Origin: Sinorhizobium meliloti
GTDB lineage: Bacteria > Pseudomonadota > Alphaproteobacteria > Rhizobiales > Rhizobiaceae
Assembly (NCBI RefSeq): GCF_017876815.1
Contig: NZ_JAGIOS010000001.1
Span: 2,970,001-3,002,000, forward strand
Length of the DNA: 32,000 bases
Direction of reading: 5' to 3'
Shown here piece by piece: positions 1 through 8,903 of this stretch. Below the pieces are notes generated by a model. The model was given only the letters and a program-made list of their open reading frames with translations. It was not told the origin of the DNA and searched no databases. A program made the translations under genes and the position numbers. The stretch's first letter is position 1, and the number at the start of each line of letters is the position of its first letter.

Positions 1-1
1 C

Positions 2-337
2 GCGTTCTCGTTGAGCGTCGCCATTCCGAGCGAAGGCTTCGAGGTCACACGCGGCGAGCCTGTCATCGGCGGCCTTCACGGCGCAACGCGCCACTATTTC
101 TGTCCTCATTGCATGAGCTGGATGTTCACGCGCCCGGAAGGCATGGACTGGTTCGTCAATCTCCGCGCGACCATGCTCGACGATCCCAGTTGGTGCAGGC
201 CGTTCATAGAAACCTGGACCAGTGAAAAGCTGCCGTGGGTGAGCACATCCGCCGTTCATAGCTACGCGGCGTTGCCACCGCTGGAGAGTTACGAGCAGTT
301 GCTGGCGGACTATGCCAGGCATTCCGAAGAGGATTGA
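2..337 (+). CDS. GFA (glutathione-dependent formaldehyde-activating/CENP-V-like) family protein, 5' end outside window
   Basis: The frame is open to the window edge. The translated part carries a GFA-type Cys cluster (HYFCPHCMSWMF). The N-terminal Cys cluster expected for the family is absent, so the gene starts upstream. Confidence 0.65.
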   Translation, partial: AFSLSVAIPSEGFEVTRGEPVIGGLHGATRHYFCPHCMSWMFTRPEGMDWFVNLRATMLDDPSWCRPFIETWTSEKLPWVSTSAVHSYAALPPLESYEQLLADYARHSEED

Positions 338-376
338 GCCGCGAGACGATTCAGATCAGCCTGGATCTCAGAGGAT

Positions 377-3034
377 TTGCATCTTTTTGCCGTTATGCAT
401 GTGCAGACCGGCAACTGGCAAAGCTCGGAGCGGTTCTGCGCGGCGCAGGGATTATCGAAGGGTAGGAAATTGCATCTCCTGGAAAAACTGAGGGCGCTTT
501 CGATCGCCCTGTCTTTCGGTGCGCTGACGCTCGCTGCCGGCGGATCCGCAGTTGCGCAGGAGCCCGAGCCGAGCGTTGAGCAAACCCGGCCGGCCCAACA
601 GGCGGCGCCTGCCCAGCCTCTCCAGCCTGCCCAATCCGTCCAGCCCGCGCCGCAGGCCGAACCGGCACAGCCGGCGACGCAGACCGGGACGGGTCAGGCG
701 CCGGATGCCGCATCGCCGGTATTGCAGCAGGCGGAGGATCAGCTTGCCCAGGCCGACCGGGAGCTGAAGCGTCTCATCGAGCGTACCAATGCCGTCGAGG
801 ACGACGACGCCATGCTCGCCGAACTCAGGGTGCAGGTCGACGAGCTTTCGAAGCAGATCATCGCCGCCTCCGTCCCCACCCGTCCGAGGCTCGACGAAAT
901 CAAGGCGAGGCTCACGGAGCTCGGCGATCCTCCCGGTGAGGGGCAGCCGCCCGAAGACGCGGTCATCACCGATGAGCGCAAACGCCTCCTGGCGGAACGC
1001 GGGGCGATCAATGCTCTGACGGGCAGGGCGGAGAACCTCTCGGTCGAGGCGAGGAAACTTGCCAACCGGATCACCGCGACGCGCCGGGCGATCTTCTCCA
1101 ACACCCTGCTGAGACATACGGATGTCTCGGCGGCGATGTTGAGCGAAGCCGTCACTGCAACGATGCACGAAGCGATGGCACTGTCGCGCAGCATCGGCGG
1201 TTGGCTGACATTCGCCTGGAATTACAAGCGCGTGCCGCTGCTGAGCGCGATCTTCCTTTCGCTCTGCGCCGCGCTGCTCTTCCTGGTCGGCGGTTACAGG
1301 CTTTTTTCGCCGGTCCTCATGCGCCACGAGGAAGACGACGAGCCCACCTATTTCCGGCAGCTTTCGCTTGCGTTCTGGTCGACACTCATCCCGACTCTGG
1401 CGCTCGCCGCCTTCGCTATGTCGAGCTACTTCTTCCTCAGTAGTTTCAACGTCTTGCGGCCGGATATTGCTCCCATAGTTGCGATCACGCTCGCCATGGG
1501 CGTCGTGCTGTTCTTCATAGCCAGGCTGGCAGGCGCGGTGCTATCGCCGAACCGATCGAGCTGGCGGCTCGTGCGCGTTTCGGATCGCGGCGCGAAAATG
1601 CTGATGGTGCCGATCTTCGCGATGGCGCTCGTCAACGGGCTCGACTATCTGCTCGGCAGCATCAGCGAGTCTCTCGGTTCTCCGGTGGTGCTGACGATCG
1701 CCAAAAGCTTCGTGGCATCGATCATCATCGGTCTCATTCTCATGTCGATGGCGTGGATCCGGCCTGTGCTGAGGGCCGATGAACCTTACGATGCACCGGG
1801 ACGTCCCTGGCCGCGGGTTATTTCGCTCTCGTTTCTCCTGCTGGGCGCGGCGCTCATCGCGACTGCATTGTCGGGCTATGTCGGCCTGGCGCGCTTCATC
1901 GCCACGCAGATCACGGTAACGAGCGCGATCCTGGTGACGGTCTATATCGGCCTCCTTACGGGGAAGTCCGTGTCCAAGCAGGGCGCCTTTGCCGAAACGG
2001 TAGCCGGACGCTATCTGGAGCGCCGCTTCCATCTGGAGCCGGTTGCGCTCGACCAATTCGGCCTTTTTGCCGGTCTCGGCATTTATGTGCTCGTTCTCTC
2101 CTTCTTCATCCCGCTGATATTGATGCAGTGGGGCTTCAAGACTGCGGACATAGAGTCCTGGGCCTATCAGGTGCTGACCGAAATCAGGATCGGCACGATC
2201 ACGATTTCGCTGGTGGGCATTCTCGCGGGGGTACTGCTCTTTGCCCTCGGCTTTCTCGTCACGCGTTGGGTGCAGCGCTGGATCGACGGCAACGTCATGG
2301 CGCGCAGTCGCGTCGACGCCGGCGTGCGCAACTCCATACGTACCGGTATCGGCTATATGGGCGTGGGCATTGCCGGCCTTATCGGGTTGTCGGCCGCCGG
2401 CATCGATCTTTCGAGTCTCGCCCTCGTTGCCGGCGCCCTCTCCCTCGGCGTCGGTTTCGGCCTGCAGAACATCGTCTCCAATTTCGTTTCGGGTCTGATC
2501 CTGCTGGTGGAGCGTCCCTTCAAGGTGGGCGACTGGATCGTCAGCGGTACGACCGAAGGCTTTGTGCGGCGAATCTCCGTCCGCGCGACCGAGATCGAGA
2601 CCTTCCAGCATCAGTCGATCATGATGCCGAATTCTCTGCTCATCAACGCCTCGGTCGGAAACTGGACGCACCGCAACAAGCTCGGCCGGTCGGAAATTGC
2701 AGTGACGGTGACCTATGCCAGCGATCCGCGCCGGGTTATCGAACTGCTCTACGAAATCGCCGCAGCCCATCCGATGATCCTCAAGAACCCGGCTCCCAAT
2801 GTCGGCTTCACGGCCTTCGAAGACGAGCGAATGACGTTTGAATTGCGCATCTATGTCGCGGACGTGCTGACGGCCGGCGGTGTTCGCAACGACCTTCGCG
2901 TCTCGATCTACGAGCGCTTTCGTGACGAGGGAATCGGCGCGCCGTTCCCGATGAAGATCGAGGATGTAACGCCTGAGGAAGAAGCCGGAAGCGCCGGACC
3001 CGAACCTTCGGTTATGGAGAAAGAGAAGGCCTGA
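377..3034 (+). CDS. Large mechanosensitive ion channel, MscK/KefA-like (periplasmic coiled-coil domain + multi-TM + MscS core)
   Basis: 885-aa ORF. It has a signal-like segment (LRALSIALSFGALTLAAGGSAVAQ), a Pro/Gln/Ala-rich segment and a coiled coil. About 10 hydrophobic helices follow, then the MscS signature LGVGFGLQNIVSNFVSGLILLVERPFKVGDWI. The true start may be TTG at 470, preceded by GGTAGGAAA. Confidence 0.9.
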   Translation: MHLFAVMHVQTGNWQSSERFCAAQGLSKGRKLHLLEKLRALSIALSFGALTLAAGGSAVAQEPEPSVEQTRPAQQAAPAQPLQPAQSVQPAPQAEPAQPATQTGTGQAPDAASPVLQQAEDQLAQADRELKRLIERTNAVEDDDAMLAELRVQVDELSKQIIAASVPTRPRLDEIKARLTELGDPPGEGQPPEDAVITDERKRLLAERGAINALTGRAENLSVEARKLANRITATRRAIFSNTLLRHTDVSAAMLSEAVTATMHEAMALSRSIGGWLTFAWNYKRVPLLSAIFLSLCAALLFLVGGYRLFSPVLMRHEEDDEPTYFRQLSLAFWSTLIPTLALAAFAMSSYFFLSSFNVLRPDIAPIVAITLAMGVVLFFIARLAGAVLSPNRSSWRLVRVSDRGAKMLMVPIFAMALVNGLDYLLGSISESLGSPVVLTIAKSFVASIIIGLILMSMAWIRPVLRADEPYDAPGRPWPRVISLSFLLLGAALIATALSGYVGLARFIATQITVTSAILVTVYIGLLTGKSVSKQGAFAETVAGRYLERRFHLEPVALDQFGLFAGLGIYVLVLSFFIPLILMQWGFKTADIESWAYQVLTEIRIGTITISLVGILAGVLLFALGFLVTRWVQRWIDGNVMARSRVDAGVRNSIRTGIGYMGVGIAGLIGLSAAGIDLSSLALVAGALSLGVGFGLQNIVSNFVSGLILLVERPFKVGDWIVSGTTEGFVRRISVRATEIETFQHQSIMMPNSLLINASVGNWTHRNKLGRSEIAVTVTYASDPRRVIELLYEIAAAHPMILKNPAPNVGFTAFEDERMTFELRIYVADVLTAGGVRNDLRVSIYERFRDEGIGAPFPMKIEDVTPEEEAGSAGPEPSVMEKEKA

Positions 3035-3090
3035 TCTCGCCGAAGACAAGGCCTGACGCGCCGGCGCCATTGGCGAAGGCAGGAAAGAGA

Positions 3091-3117
3091 AGAAGGAGCG
3101 GTAATACCGCTCCTTCT
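3091..3117. terminator. 11-bp-stem hairpin between convergent genes (agaaggagcgg-taata-ccgctccttct)
   Basis: Perfect inverted repeat read directly. It is T-rich on the minus-strand side (tctctttcc). Confidence 0.45.
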
Positions 3118-3158
3118 ATCGGCCGAACCCCGGCCGCACGTTGAAACTGCGCACTTCC

Positions 3159-3187
3159 GCCCGGAAACGGTTACACACCGTTTCCGG
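3159..3187 (-). terminator. 11-bp-stem hairpin just after the TerC-family stop (cccggaaacgg-ttacaca-ccgtttccggg)
   Basis: Perfect inverted repeat 9 nt downstream of the minus-strand stop at 3196. Confidence 0.5.
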
Positions 3188-3195
3188 GGAGTGCT

Positions 3196-3837
3196 CTAAA
3201 GCCCGGCCAGAGCCTGGGCCACCGGCATAACGTGTGGCCACACCTCCATTGCCCCGCGATAGATCATGTCGAGTGCGACGTAGAAGATGATCGCCAGGCC
3301 GATGTAAGCGATCCAGTGGTACCGGCTGAGCAGGCGGGCGATAAAGCCCGCGGCGATACCCATCATCGCGATAGAGAGCGCCAGACCAAAGACGAGCACG
3401 GTTGGATGCTCTCGGGCGGCACCGGCGACGGCGAGGACGTTGTCGAGCGACATGGACACGTCCGCTATCACGATCTGTGTTGCCGCCTGTTTGAAAGTCT
3501 TCTTTGGGGCCGAGGCGTCCGCATTTCCCAGGCCGTCAACGCCTTCGTGACCGCCAGTGCGAATCTCGCGCCACATCTTCCAGCAGACCCAAAGCAGGAG
3601 GAGCCCGCCGGCGAGCAGGAGCCCGATGATCGCAAGCAGTTGGACCGTGAAGATGGCGAGCACGATGCGAAGCACGGTTGCGGCGAGAATGCCGACGAGA
3701 ATAGCCTTCTTGCGCTGCTCCAGCGGCAAGCCGGCTGCTGCAAGGCCGATAACGACGGCGTTGTCGCCGGCAAGCACCAGGTCGATCACAATGACCTGCA
3801 GCAGTGCCGTCAGGCCGGCGGAAGTGAAAATCTCCAT
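3196..3837 (-). CDS. TerC/YjbE-family integral membrane protein
   Basis: The translation from the internal ATG at 3837 begins MEIFTSAGLTALLQVIVIDLVLAGDNAVVIGLAA. It also contains the second TerC repeat, ADVSMSLDNVLAVAGAA. Multi-TM, ~213 aa. Confidence 0.85.
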   Translation of the reverse strand: MEIFTSAGLTALLQVIVIDLVLAGDNAVVIGLAAAGLPLEQRKKAILVGILAATVLRIVLAIFTVQLLAIIGLLLAGGLLLLWVCWKMWREIRTGGHEGVDGLGNADASAPKKTFKQAATQIVIADVSMSLDNVLAVAGAAREHPTVLVFGLALSIAMMGIAAGFIARLLSRYHWIAYIGLAIIFYVALDMIYRGAMEVWPHVMPVAQALAGL

Positions 3838-4040
3838 GTGTGGTAACCCTTCTTGTCCCCGAAACGCCTGCGGCGTTGCAAAACGCATAGACCGCGAACA
3901 ATCGACGGATCAAGTGGGCCGGGACAACTAATCGGCATTTTCGAAGGACACAGGAACGCCGAGCAGCTTCCGGTGTTCTGACGCGGCTCGAGCCGCCGCA
4001 TTGTTTTTCCTGCACGGCGTACGCTTCGAGAAATTCTGGG

Positions 4041-4349
4041 CTACGGCGCCGCGCGTCTTATCAGACGCGCAAAGGTCGCTGTAGCGCTTTGATCTGCTGC
4101 ATGTTTTTGACCTTTGATCGGTTACGATCAAAGGAAACATGCACTACAGCGCCGCGCGTCTTATCAGACGCGCAAAGGTCGCTGTAGCGCTTTGATCTGC
4201 TGCATGTTTTTGACCTTTGATCGGTTACGATCAAAGGAAACATGCACTACAGCGCCGCGCGTCTTATCAGACGCGCAAAGGTCGCTGTAGCGCTTTGATC
4301 TGCTGCATGTTTTTGACCTTTGATCGGTTACGATCAAAGGAAACATGCA
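4041..4349. repeat. Tandem array of three 103-bp units, each made of two composite hairpins (RIME/REP-like rhizobial intergenic element)
   Basis: Units lie at 4041-4143, 4144-4246 and 4247-4349. Units 2 and 3 are identical, and unit 1 differs at one base (G for A at unit position 5). Hairpin A is ctacagcg..gcgcgtct-tatc-agacgcgc..cgctgtag. Hairpin B is gcatgttt-ttga-cctttgatcg-gtta-cgatcaaagg-aaacatgc. Confidence 0.95.
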
Positions 4350-4446
4350 GTAGGCTGGCCGTGGCTAGAGGGGTGGCCGGCGTCTTCCTTTTCGCGACGG
4401 GAAGGCGGCCGGCCGAAACGGGGGCGGCGCTCGAGCGCCGAATGTG

Positions 4447-4710
4447 ATGAAGACGTATGCTGTCGTTATGGTGTCCGCAATGCTGTGGGCTGGCGTGGCC
4501 TATGCCGCGACCGTTACAAACAAGGATGGCGAGGCCGCTGTTCTGGTGATCGTCGAAGGGGAGAGCCGGATCGAAGTGGCAATCGATGCAGGTGCGACGG
4601 AAGTGATCTGCCCCGGCGGCTGCTTCGTCACTGCGCCGAGCGGCGACCGTGTGGGGCTCCAGGGCGACGAGACGATCGAAATCGTCAACGGCTCCGTCGT
4701 TGTGAAGTGA
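4447..4710 (+). CDS. Small secreted hypothetical protein (signal peptide, CPGGC motif)
   Basis: Sec signal peptide MKTYAVVMVSAMLWAGVAYA|ATV. The mature part is ~67 aa with two Cys. GC3-rich frame. No family recognised. GTG at 4444 is an alternative start. Confidence 0.6.
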   Translation: MKTYAVVMVSAMLWAGVAYAATVTNKDGEAAVLVIVEGESRIEVAIDAGATEVICPGGCFVTAPSGDRVGLQGDETIEIVNGSVVVK

Positions 4711-4772
4711 CGCCACGTGCGGCTATCCTCCGGGAGCGGAAGGCCGCCGGAAGTTGGGCCTTTCAAAGATAA

Positions 4773-4792
4773 TGCGGGGCCGTAGCCCCGCA
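4773..4792. terminator. Hairpin tgcggggc-cgta-gccccgca between convergent genes
   Basis: 8-bp GC-rich stem, followed by ccgtgttt on the + strand and ttatctttgaaa on the - strand. Confidence 0.5.
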
Positions 4793-4826
4793 CCGTGTTT
4801 GGCGACGGCACGTGCAAAGCGGAAGA

Positions 4827-5486
4827 TCAGCTCAGCTTTCTTCGCCGCTCCAGTTCCGCTTCGGTCGGCTGCTCGAACTCGAACGAACCTGTTACGACAG
4901 GGCCGCTGCGGACGTATTTGTTGGCGGTGACGCCCGTCCCGGAGACTTTTGAACCGAGGAGTTTCATGGCCATCGGCATGGCGCCGTGACCAAAGAGCCG
5001 CTTGCCCTTTCCGAGCACAACCGGAAAGTACGAGATGTACATCTCGTCTACCAGATCGTTGCTGAACAGGGTCTGCAGGAAGTCGGTCGAACCCTGGGTC
5101 AAAAGATCGGGACCTTCCTCGCTCTTCAGTTTCTTAAGCATTGCAACTGGGTCGGAGCCGAGAGTACGGCTGTTTTGCCAGTCGAGCCTCAGATCGGGGT
5201 TGCGCGTGGCGACATATTTGGTGATCCGGTCAAAGAGCGGACCGATCGGATCGTCAGGGCCGGCATAGGGCCAGTGTGCGGCGAAGATGTCATAGGTCTT
5301 CCGCCCAAGCAGAAGATCGAACGGCTTGGAAAACATCTCGTCCACCGCTTGTCCCATGGTCTCGTCGAAATAGGGGGCGGCCCAGCCGCCATGGTCGAAG
5401 CCGCCGACCGGGTCCTCGTGCGGTCCGCCCGGCGCCTGCATGATTCCGTCAAGGCTTACGAATGCGCCAACGATGATCTTTCTCAT
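4827..5486 (-). CDS. Dihydrofolate reductase-family protein (RibD C-terminal domain type)
   Basis: From ATG 5486 (RBS GGAGAG) the translation reads MRKIIVGAFVSLDGIMQAPGGPHEDP...LLLGRKTYDIFAAHWPY. This is typical of the YwjB/RibD_C family. Confidence 0.85.
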   Translation of the reverse strand: MRKIIVGAFVSLDGIMQAPGGPHEDPVGGFDHGGWAAPYFDETMGQAVDEMFSKPFDLLLGRKTYDIFAAHWPYAGPDDPIGPLFDRITKYVATRNPDLRLDWQNSRTLGSDPVAMLKKLKSEEGPDLLTQGSTDFLQTLFSNDLVDEMYISYFPVVLGKGKRLFGHGAMPMAMKLLGSKVSGTGVTANKYVRSGPVVTGSFEFEQPTEAELERRRKLS

Positions 5487-5594
5487 TCCGGCTCTCCTCG
5501 TTCGTGGTGTTACCGAACCCAGGACGCTGGACGATACCGACAGCAACGCCACAAGCTGCAAGAATTTCCTTGAGAACTTTGGCGTAAGAGCGGC

Positions 5595-7010
5595 TCACGG
5601 GATCGCGAAAATGCTGATCTCGTTGGCAATTCCTCTTAGCGTCACGTTGTGCGCCATCGGACTTAGGCCCCGATCAGAGAGCACACCGGATGCTCGAGGA
5701 TCCTCGAGGACGGAGCCGGTCGCGAAGATCTCACGCGAGGTGGCGAGATGTTGCACGCGCGAGGCGATGTTGACGGTCTGGCCGAAATAGTCCTGCCGGT
5801 CGTTCAGGTTGACAGCGATGCACGGCCCCTCATGGATGCCGATCTTGAGGAGCAGGTCCTCGCTGCCGCGCTCTTCGTTGAGTTCGCGCATTGCCTCGCG
5901 CATCCGCATTGCCGCAGTGACAGCCCGGTCGGGCGTCGGGAAAGTCGCCATAACCGCATCACCGATCGTCTTGACGACGGCGCCGGCCTCGGCCGCGACG
6001 ATTTCGTTCAAGACGTTGAAATGCGTTCTTACCAGGTCGAAGGCCGCGAGGTCGCCGACGCGCTCGTAGAGTTCCGTCGAGCCGCGCAGGTCGGTGAAGA
6101 GGAAAGTAAGGCTGGTGATCTTCAGCCGTTGGTCCACATCGAGCGTGTCGGTGCGGTAGATGTCGCGGAAAGTCTGGTTGGAGAGCAGCCGCTTGGCGGT
6201 GAGAAATGGCCGACGGCGGCCGAGCAGGGCATGCAGCGCTTCGCCTGCCACGCAGATCGAGGGCAGGGTACGAACCTCGGCGTGGTTCTCCACCGAGACG
6301 CGCAAGGGGCCGGGCGGCAAGCTCAGCGTCTCGTGATGGCGGTGCGAGCGATCGAAGACGAGCCCGAGATTCCTCCTTTCCCTTGTCGGTTCGCCGCTCA
6401 CATCCAGGAATTGCGCGGCATGCGTCACCGGCTCGAAGATGATGACGAATTCCGCGGGAAGCTGCAGCGAGATCACGGCTTTCTCGCCTGGCGGCAGTTC
6501 CAGTGCCTCCAACAGGAATTCGTCGACCTTTGCTTCGTAATCCTCTTCCGGCAGGTCGATGCCGGAACCCCAATAGATCTGGCGGAAATATTCGGCCGGC
6601 GGCAATTCATGCGGCGTATGTGCTCCGATGCGGCGCACGCGCGGACTGACCGTGAAGGTGACTTCGACCATCTCGTCGAGCGTCGGCTCGTAACCGGCGG
6701 CACAAAGCGCGCAGGTATACTCCGTGCTCTGCACCGTCTTCAGGGACGTGTTGGCATCGAGTACACCGCCGCAACCCGGACAGAGCACATTCCAGGAAAG
6801 CTCGAAAATGCCCAGGCGCGACGCATGCAGAAAGCCTGCGATCGTCTCTTCCTCGTCGAGGCCCTCGCGCGCGGCAAAGGCGAGCGCATTGATCCGGCAA
6901 AGCCTGTGATCGGGTGCATCCCGAACGAGCCGCTCGAATGCATCGGCGACCTCCGTCCTTGCCGAATGGCGCAGCACATCGAAAAGGGGTTGGGCTTCGC
7001 TCATGAACAC
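5595..7010 (-). CDS. Class III adenylate/guanylate cyclase with a Cys4-containing N-terminal sensor-like domain
   Basis: The C-terminal catalytic core reads LTFLFTDLRGSTELYERVGD...VVKTIGDAVMATF...IGIHEGP...DYFGQTVNIASRV. The N-terminal ~290 aa contain CPGCGG...CALC. Confidence 0.9.
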   Translation of the reverse strand: MFMSEAQPLFDVLRHSARTEVADAFERLVRDAPDHRLCRINALAFAAREGLDEEETIAGFLHASRLGIFELSWNVLCPGCGGVLDANTSLKTVQSTEYTCALCAAGYEPTLDEMVEVTFTVSPRVRRIGAHTPHELPPAEYFRQIYWGSGIDLPEEDYEAKVDEFLLEALELPPGEKAVISLQLPAEFVIIFEPVTHAAQFLDVSGEPTRERRNLGLVFDRSHRHHETLSLPPGPLRVSVENHAEVRTLPSICVAGEALHALLGRRRPFLTAKRLLSNQTFRDIYRTDTLDVDQRLKITSLTFLFTDLRGSTELYERVGDLAAFDLVRTHFNVLNEIVAAEAGAVVKTIGDAVMATFPTPDRAVTAAMRMREAMRELNEERGSEDLLLKIGIHEGPCIAVNLNDRQDYFGQTVNIASRVQHLATSREIFATGSVLEDPRASGVLSDRGLSPMAHNVTLRGIANEISIFAIP

Positions 7011-7060
7011 ATTCTATACGGAAATCGGCTGGCGGTCAGGCCGCATTTCGGTTTGGGTGC

Positions 7061-7103
7061 AATGTAATTTTATATTTGAAGTAATGTAATTTATATTTGT
7101 AGT
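7061..7103. promoter_or_regulatory. Tandem 22/21-bp AT-rich direct repeat inside a ~145-bp AT-rich divergent promoter region
   Basis: The two units are aatgtaattttatatttgaagt and aatgtaatttatatttgtagt. The interval 7011-7155 is far more AT-rich than its surroundings. Confidence 0.45.
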
Positions 7104-7179
7104 ACGAAAATTATTTTTAGCCGTATCTCGATTTGTTCTTTGGAATTTAATATTAGTGGCCTTCTTCGCAACTCAGGGG

Positions 7180-8802
7180 ATGAGCGACATGACTACAGTC
7201 GTGGGGACGGCCGGAAACGATACGCTATCTGGAACCGAGGAGAAGGATCGCATCTGGGGTCTAGCCGGCGCCGATGAGATCGATGCCGGCGGCGGCGATG
7301 ACCTCGTCGACGGCGGGGCTGGAAACGATCGTCTGACAAGCAGGAGCGGGTATGACCGGCTCGACGGCGGCGAGGGAGATGATCTCATCAGCCTGATCGG
7401 GACCGGCGGCGCGGTTACAGGCGGTGCCGGCGTCGATACGCTGGTGGTCGACCTGTCGAACGTCAGCTCCGACGTCCGGTTCAGCGGCGAGCACGGTCAC
7501 GGCATCATCGGCTACAACACGGCGAACTGGGAACACATCTTCTTCAATCGCATCGAGAGGCTGGTCCTGACGACCGGCAGCGGCAACGACCGGATATTCG
7601 GCGCCGCCACCGACGACATCATCTCGACCGGCGCCGGGAACGACGTCGTAGGCCCATATGGCGTCGACGGCGACGACGGCACCAGCATGCTGGGCGACGA
7701 CGCGATCGACACAGGCAGCGGCGGCGACATCATCAACGACACTGTTGGCGCGAACCGGATCTTTGCCGGAGACCATAACGACATCATCATCACCACGCTT
7801 TCCTCCGCGGTGATCGACGGCGGTAACGGCTGGGATAAACTCTCCATCTTCGATGAAGGACGAACCGACGGCGTCACTATCGATTTCGGACAGGGGTTTG
7901 CCTCGACGGGCACTCTGATCAGCGGGATCGAGGTTGCAAGCGTGGATCTCGGCGGCGGCAGTGATACGCTGATCGCCGGAAATCTGTCTTCGCTCACCGC
8001 CCATATGGGCGACGGCGACAATTATGTCGCCGGCGGCAGCGGCAGGGACTATGTCGCCTCCGGAAGCGGCGACGATGCCCTTTATGGGGGCGCTGGCGAT
8101 GACATCCTGATCAGTGCCGGCGGGAACGACGTGCTCGCCGGCGGCGATGGGAACGACGAGATTTACGACGGCGGAACGAGTTTCGGCGACGGAGAGACAT
8201 ATATAGACGGCGGCGCAGGCGACGACCTCATCCAGGTGGTTGCGCCATCCGGCTTTATCGATGGCGGTGGCGGCAGCGATACGTTGCGCGTCGTCGATCC
8301 CCTGCCGGGCACGAATTTCGACGCTTCGACCGGCACGCTGGGTACGACGCTGATCTTCACCAATATCGAGAGATTCGAGCTGTCCGGCGGCTCGGGGAAC
8401 GATAGCATCCGCACGCTTGCAGGCGACGATCAGCTCGCCGGCAACGACGGCAACGACCGGCTGGACGGCGGCGCCGGAAACGACGTGCTTTGGGGCGGCG
8501 CGGGTGACGATGTCATGACGGGCGGAGCAGGCGCAGATACCTTCCTGTGGTCGTCCGATACGTTTTCGTTCGCAGGTGTGGATCGCATCACGGATTTCGA
8601 TGCGGACGGCGGCGACCTGCTGCGCTTTACCGGATATGCACCCGACACCACGCGCATCGACAGCTTCGCCGACCTGGTTGCCGCCGCGACCGAGACGGAA
8701 GACGGGCTCTACATCGCCTTCAATGGATCCGATACATTCGGTCTGCTGCTGGACAAGGTCGCACTTGCCGACCTTTCGGCGGATGATGTCGTCTTCGTTT
8801 GA
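7180..8802 (+). CDS. RTX-type (hemolysin-type) calcium-binding repeat protein, probable type I secretion substrate
   Basis: Many GGxGxDxUx nonapeptides are present (GGAGNDRL, GGEGDDLI, GGAGDDILISAGGNDVLAGGDGNDEIY, GGAGNDVLWGGAGDDVMTGGAGADTF). No signal peptide. Acidic/hydrophobic C-terminus (DDVVFV). The start could be 7156 (GTG), 7180 or 7189 (ATG). Confidence 0.85.
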   Translation: MSDMTTVVGTAGNDTLSGTEEKDRIWGLAGADEIDAGGGDDLVDGGAGNDRLTSRSGYDRLDGGEGDDLISLIGTGGAVTGGAGVDTLVVDLSNVSSDVRFSGEHGHGIIGYNTANWEHIFFNRIERLVLTTGSGNDRIFGAATDDIISTGAGNDVVGPYGVDGDDGTSMLGDDAIDTGSGGDIINDTVGANRIFAGDHNDIIITTLSSAVIDGGNGWDKLSIFDEGRTDGVTIDFGQGFASTGTLISGIEVASVDLGGGSDTLIAGNLSSLTAHMGDGDNYVAGGSGRDYVASGSGDDALYGGAGDDILISAGGNDVLAGGDGNDEIYDGGTSFGDGETYIDGGAGDDLIQVVAPSGFIDGGGGSDTLRVVDPLPGTNFDASTGTLGTTLIFTNIERFELSGGSGNDSIRTLAGDDQLAGNDGNDRLDGGAGNDVLWGGAGDDVMTGGAGADTFLWSSDTFSFAGVDRITDFDADGGDLLRFTGYAPDTTRIDSFADLVAAATETEDGLYIAFNGSDTFGLLLDKVALADLSADDVVFV

Positions 8803-8903
8803 GGGATGCCTTCGCGGACATTTGGATGAGCGCGCCATTAACACCGGATAAAGCGTTTTGCTCATAGGGTGCCTTCCGGGGACACTCTATTCATAGGCGA
8901 TCA

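Noticed and set aside
1541-3070. Long antisense or alternative-frame ORFs. Examples are 1541-3070(-), 5748-7067(+), 7261-8865(-), 18774-20177(+), 20238-21263(+), 26604-27395(+), 28327-28974(-), 10299-11231(+, upstream part) and 29630-30511(+).
   Set aside because: These are shadow ORFs typical of high-GC DNA. Their translations are Arg/Ala/Pro/Gly-rich with no recognisable domains. Each fully overlaps a gene on the other strand or frame that has clear family motifs.
3838-4040. yybP-ykoY (Mn) riboswitch in the leader of the TerC-family gene.
   Set aside because: On the minus strand I could not find the conserved GGGGAGUAG...UUGACAUA...AGAGACC elements at the proper spacing. Only a short hairpin (aacgcc-gca-ggcgtt) and a GGGGA next to the start codon are present. 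A covariance-model scan would be needed to revisit this.
3928-4346. Three overlapping ORFs (70, 60 and 60 aa) that all start MFPLIVTDQRSKTCSRSKRYSDLCASDKTRGAV on the minus strand.
   Set aside because: They are the same reading frame repeated by the 103-bp tandem element. Each runs through hairpin-forming repeat DNA and has no RBS or independent support, so they are repeat artefacts rather than genes.
4041-4349. Possible CRISPR array.
   Set aside because: The units are directly abutting 103-bp copies with no unique spacers. The unit is far longer than a CRISPR repeat, and no cas genes are present.
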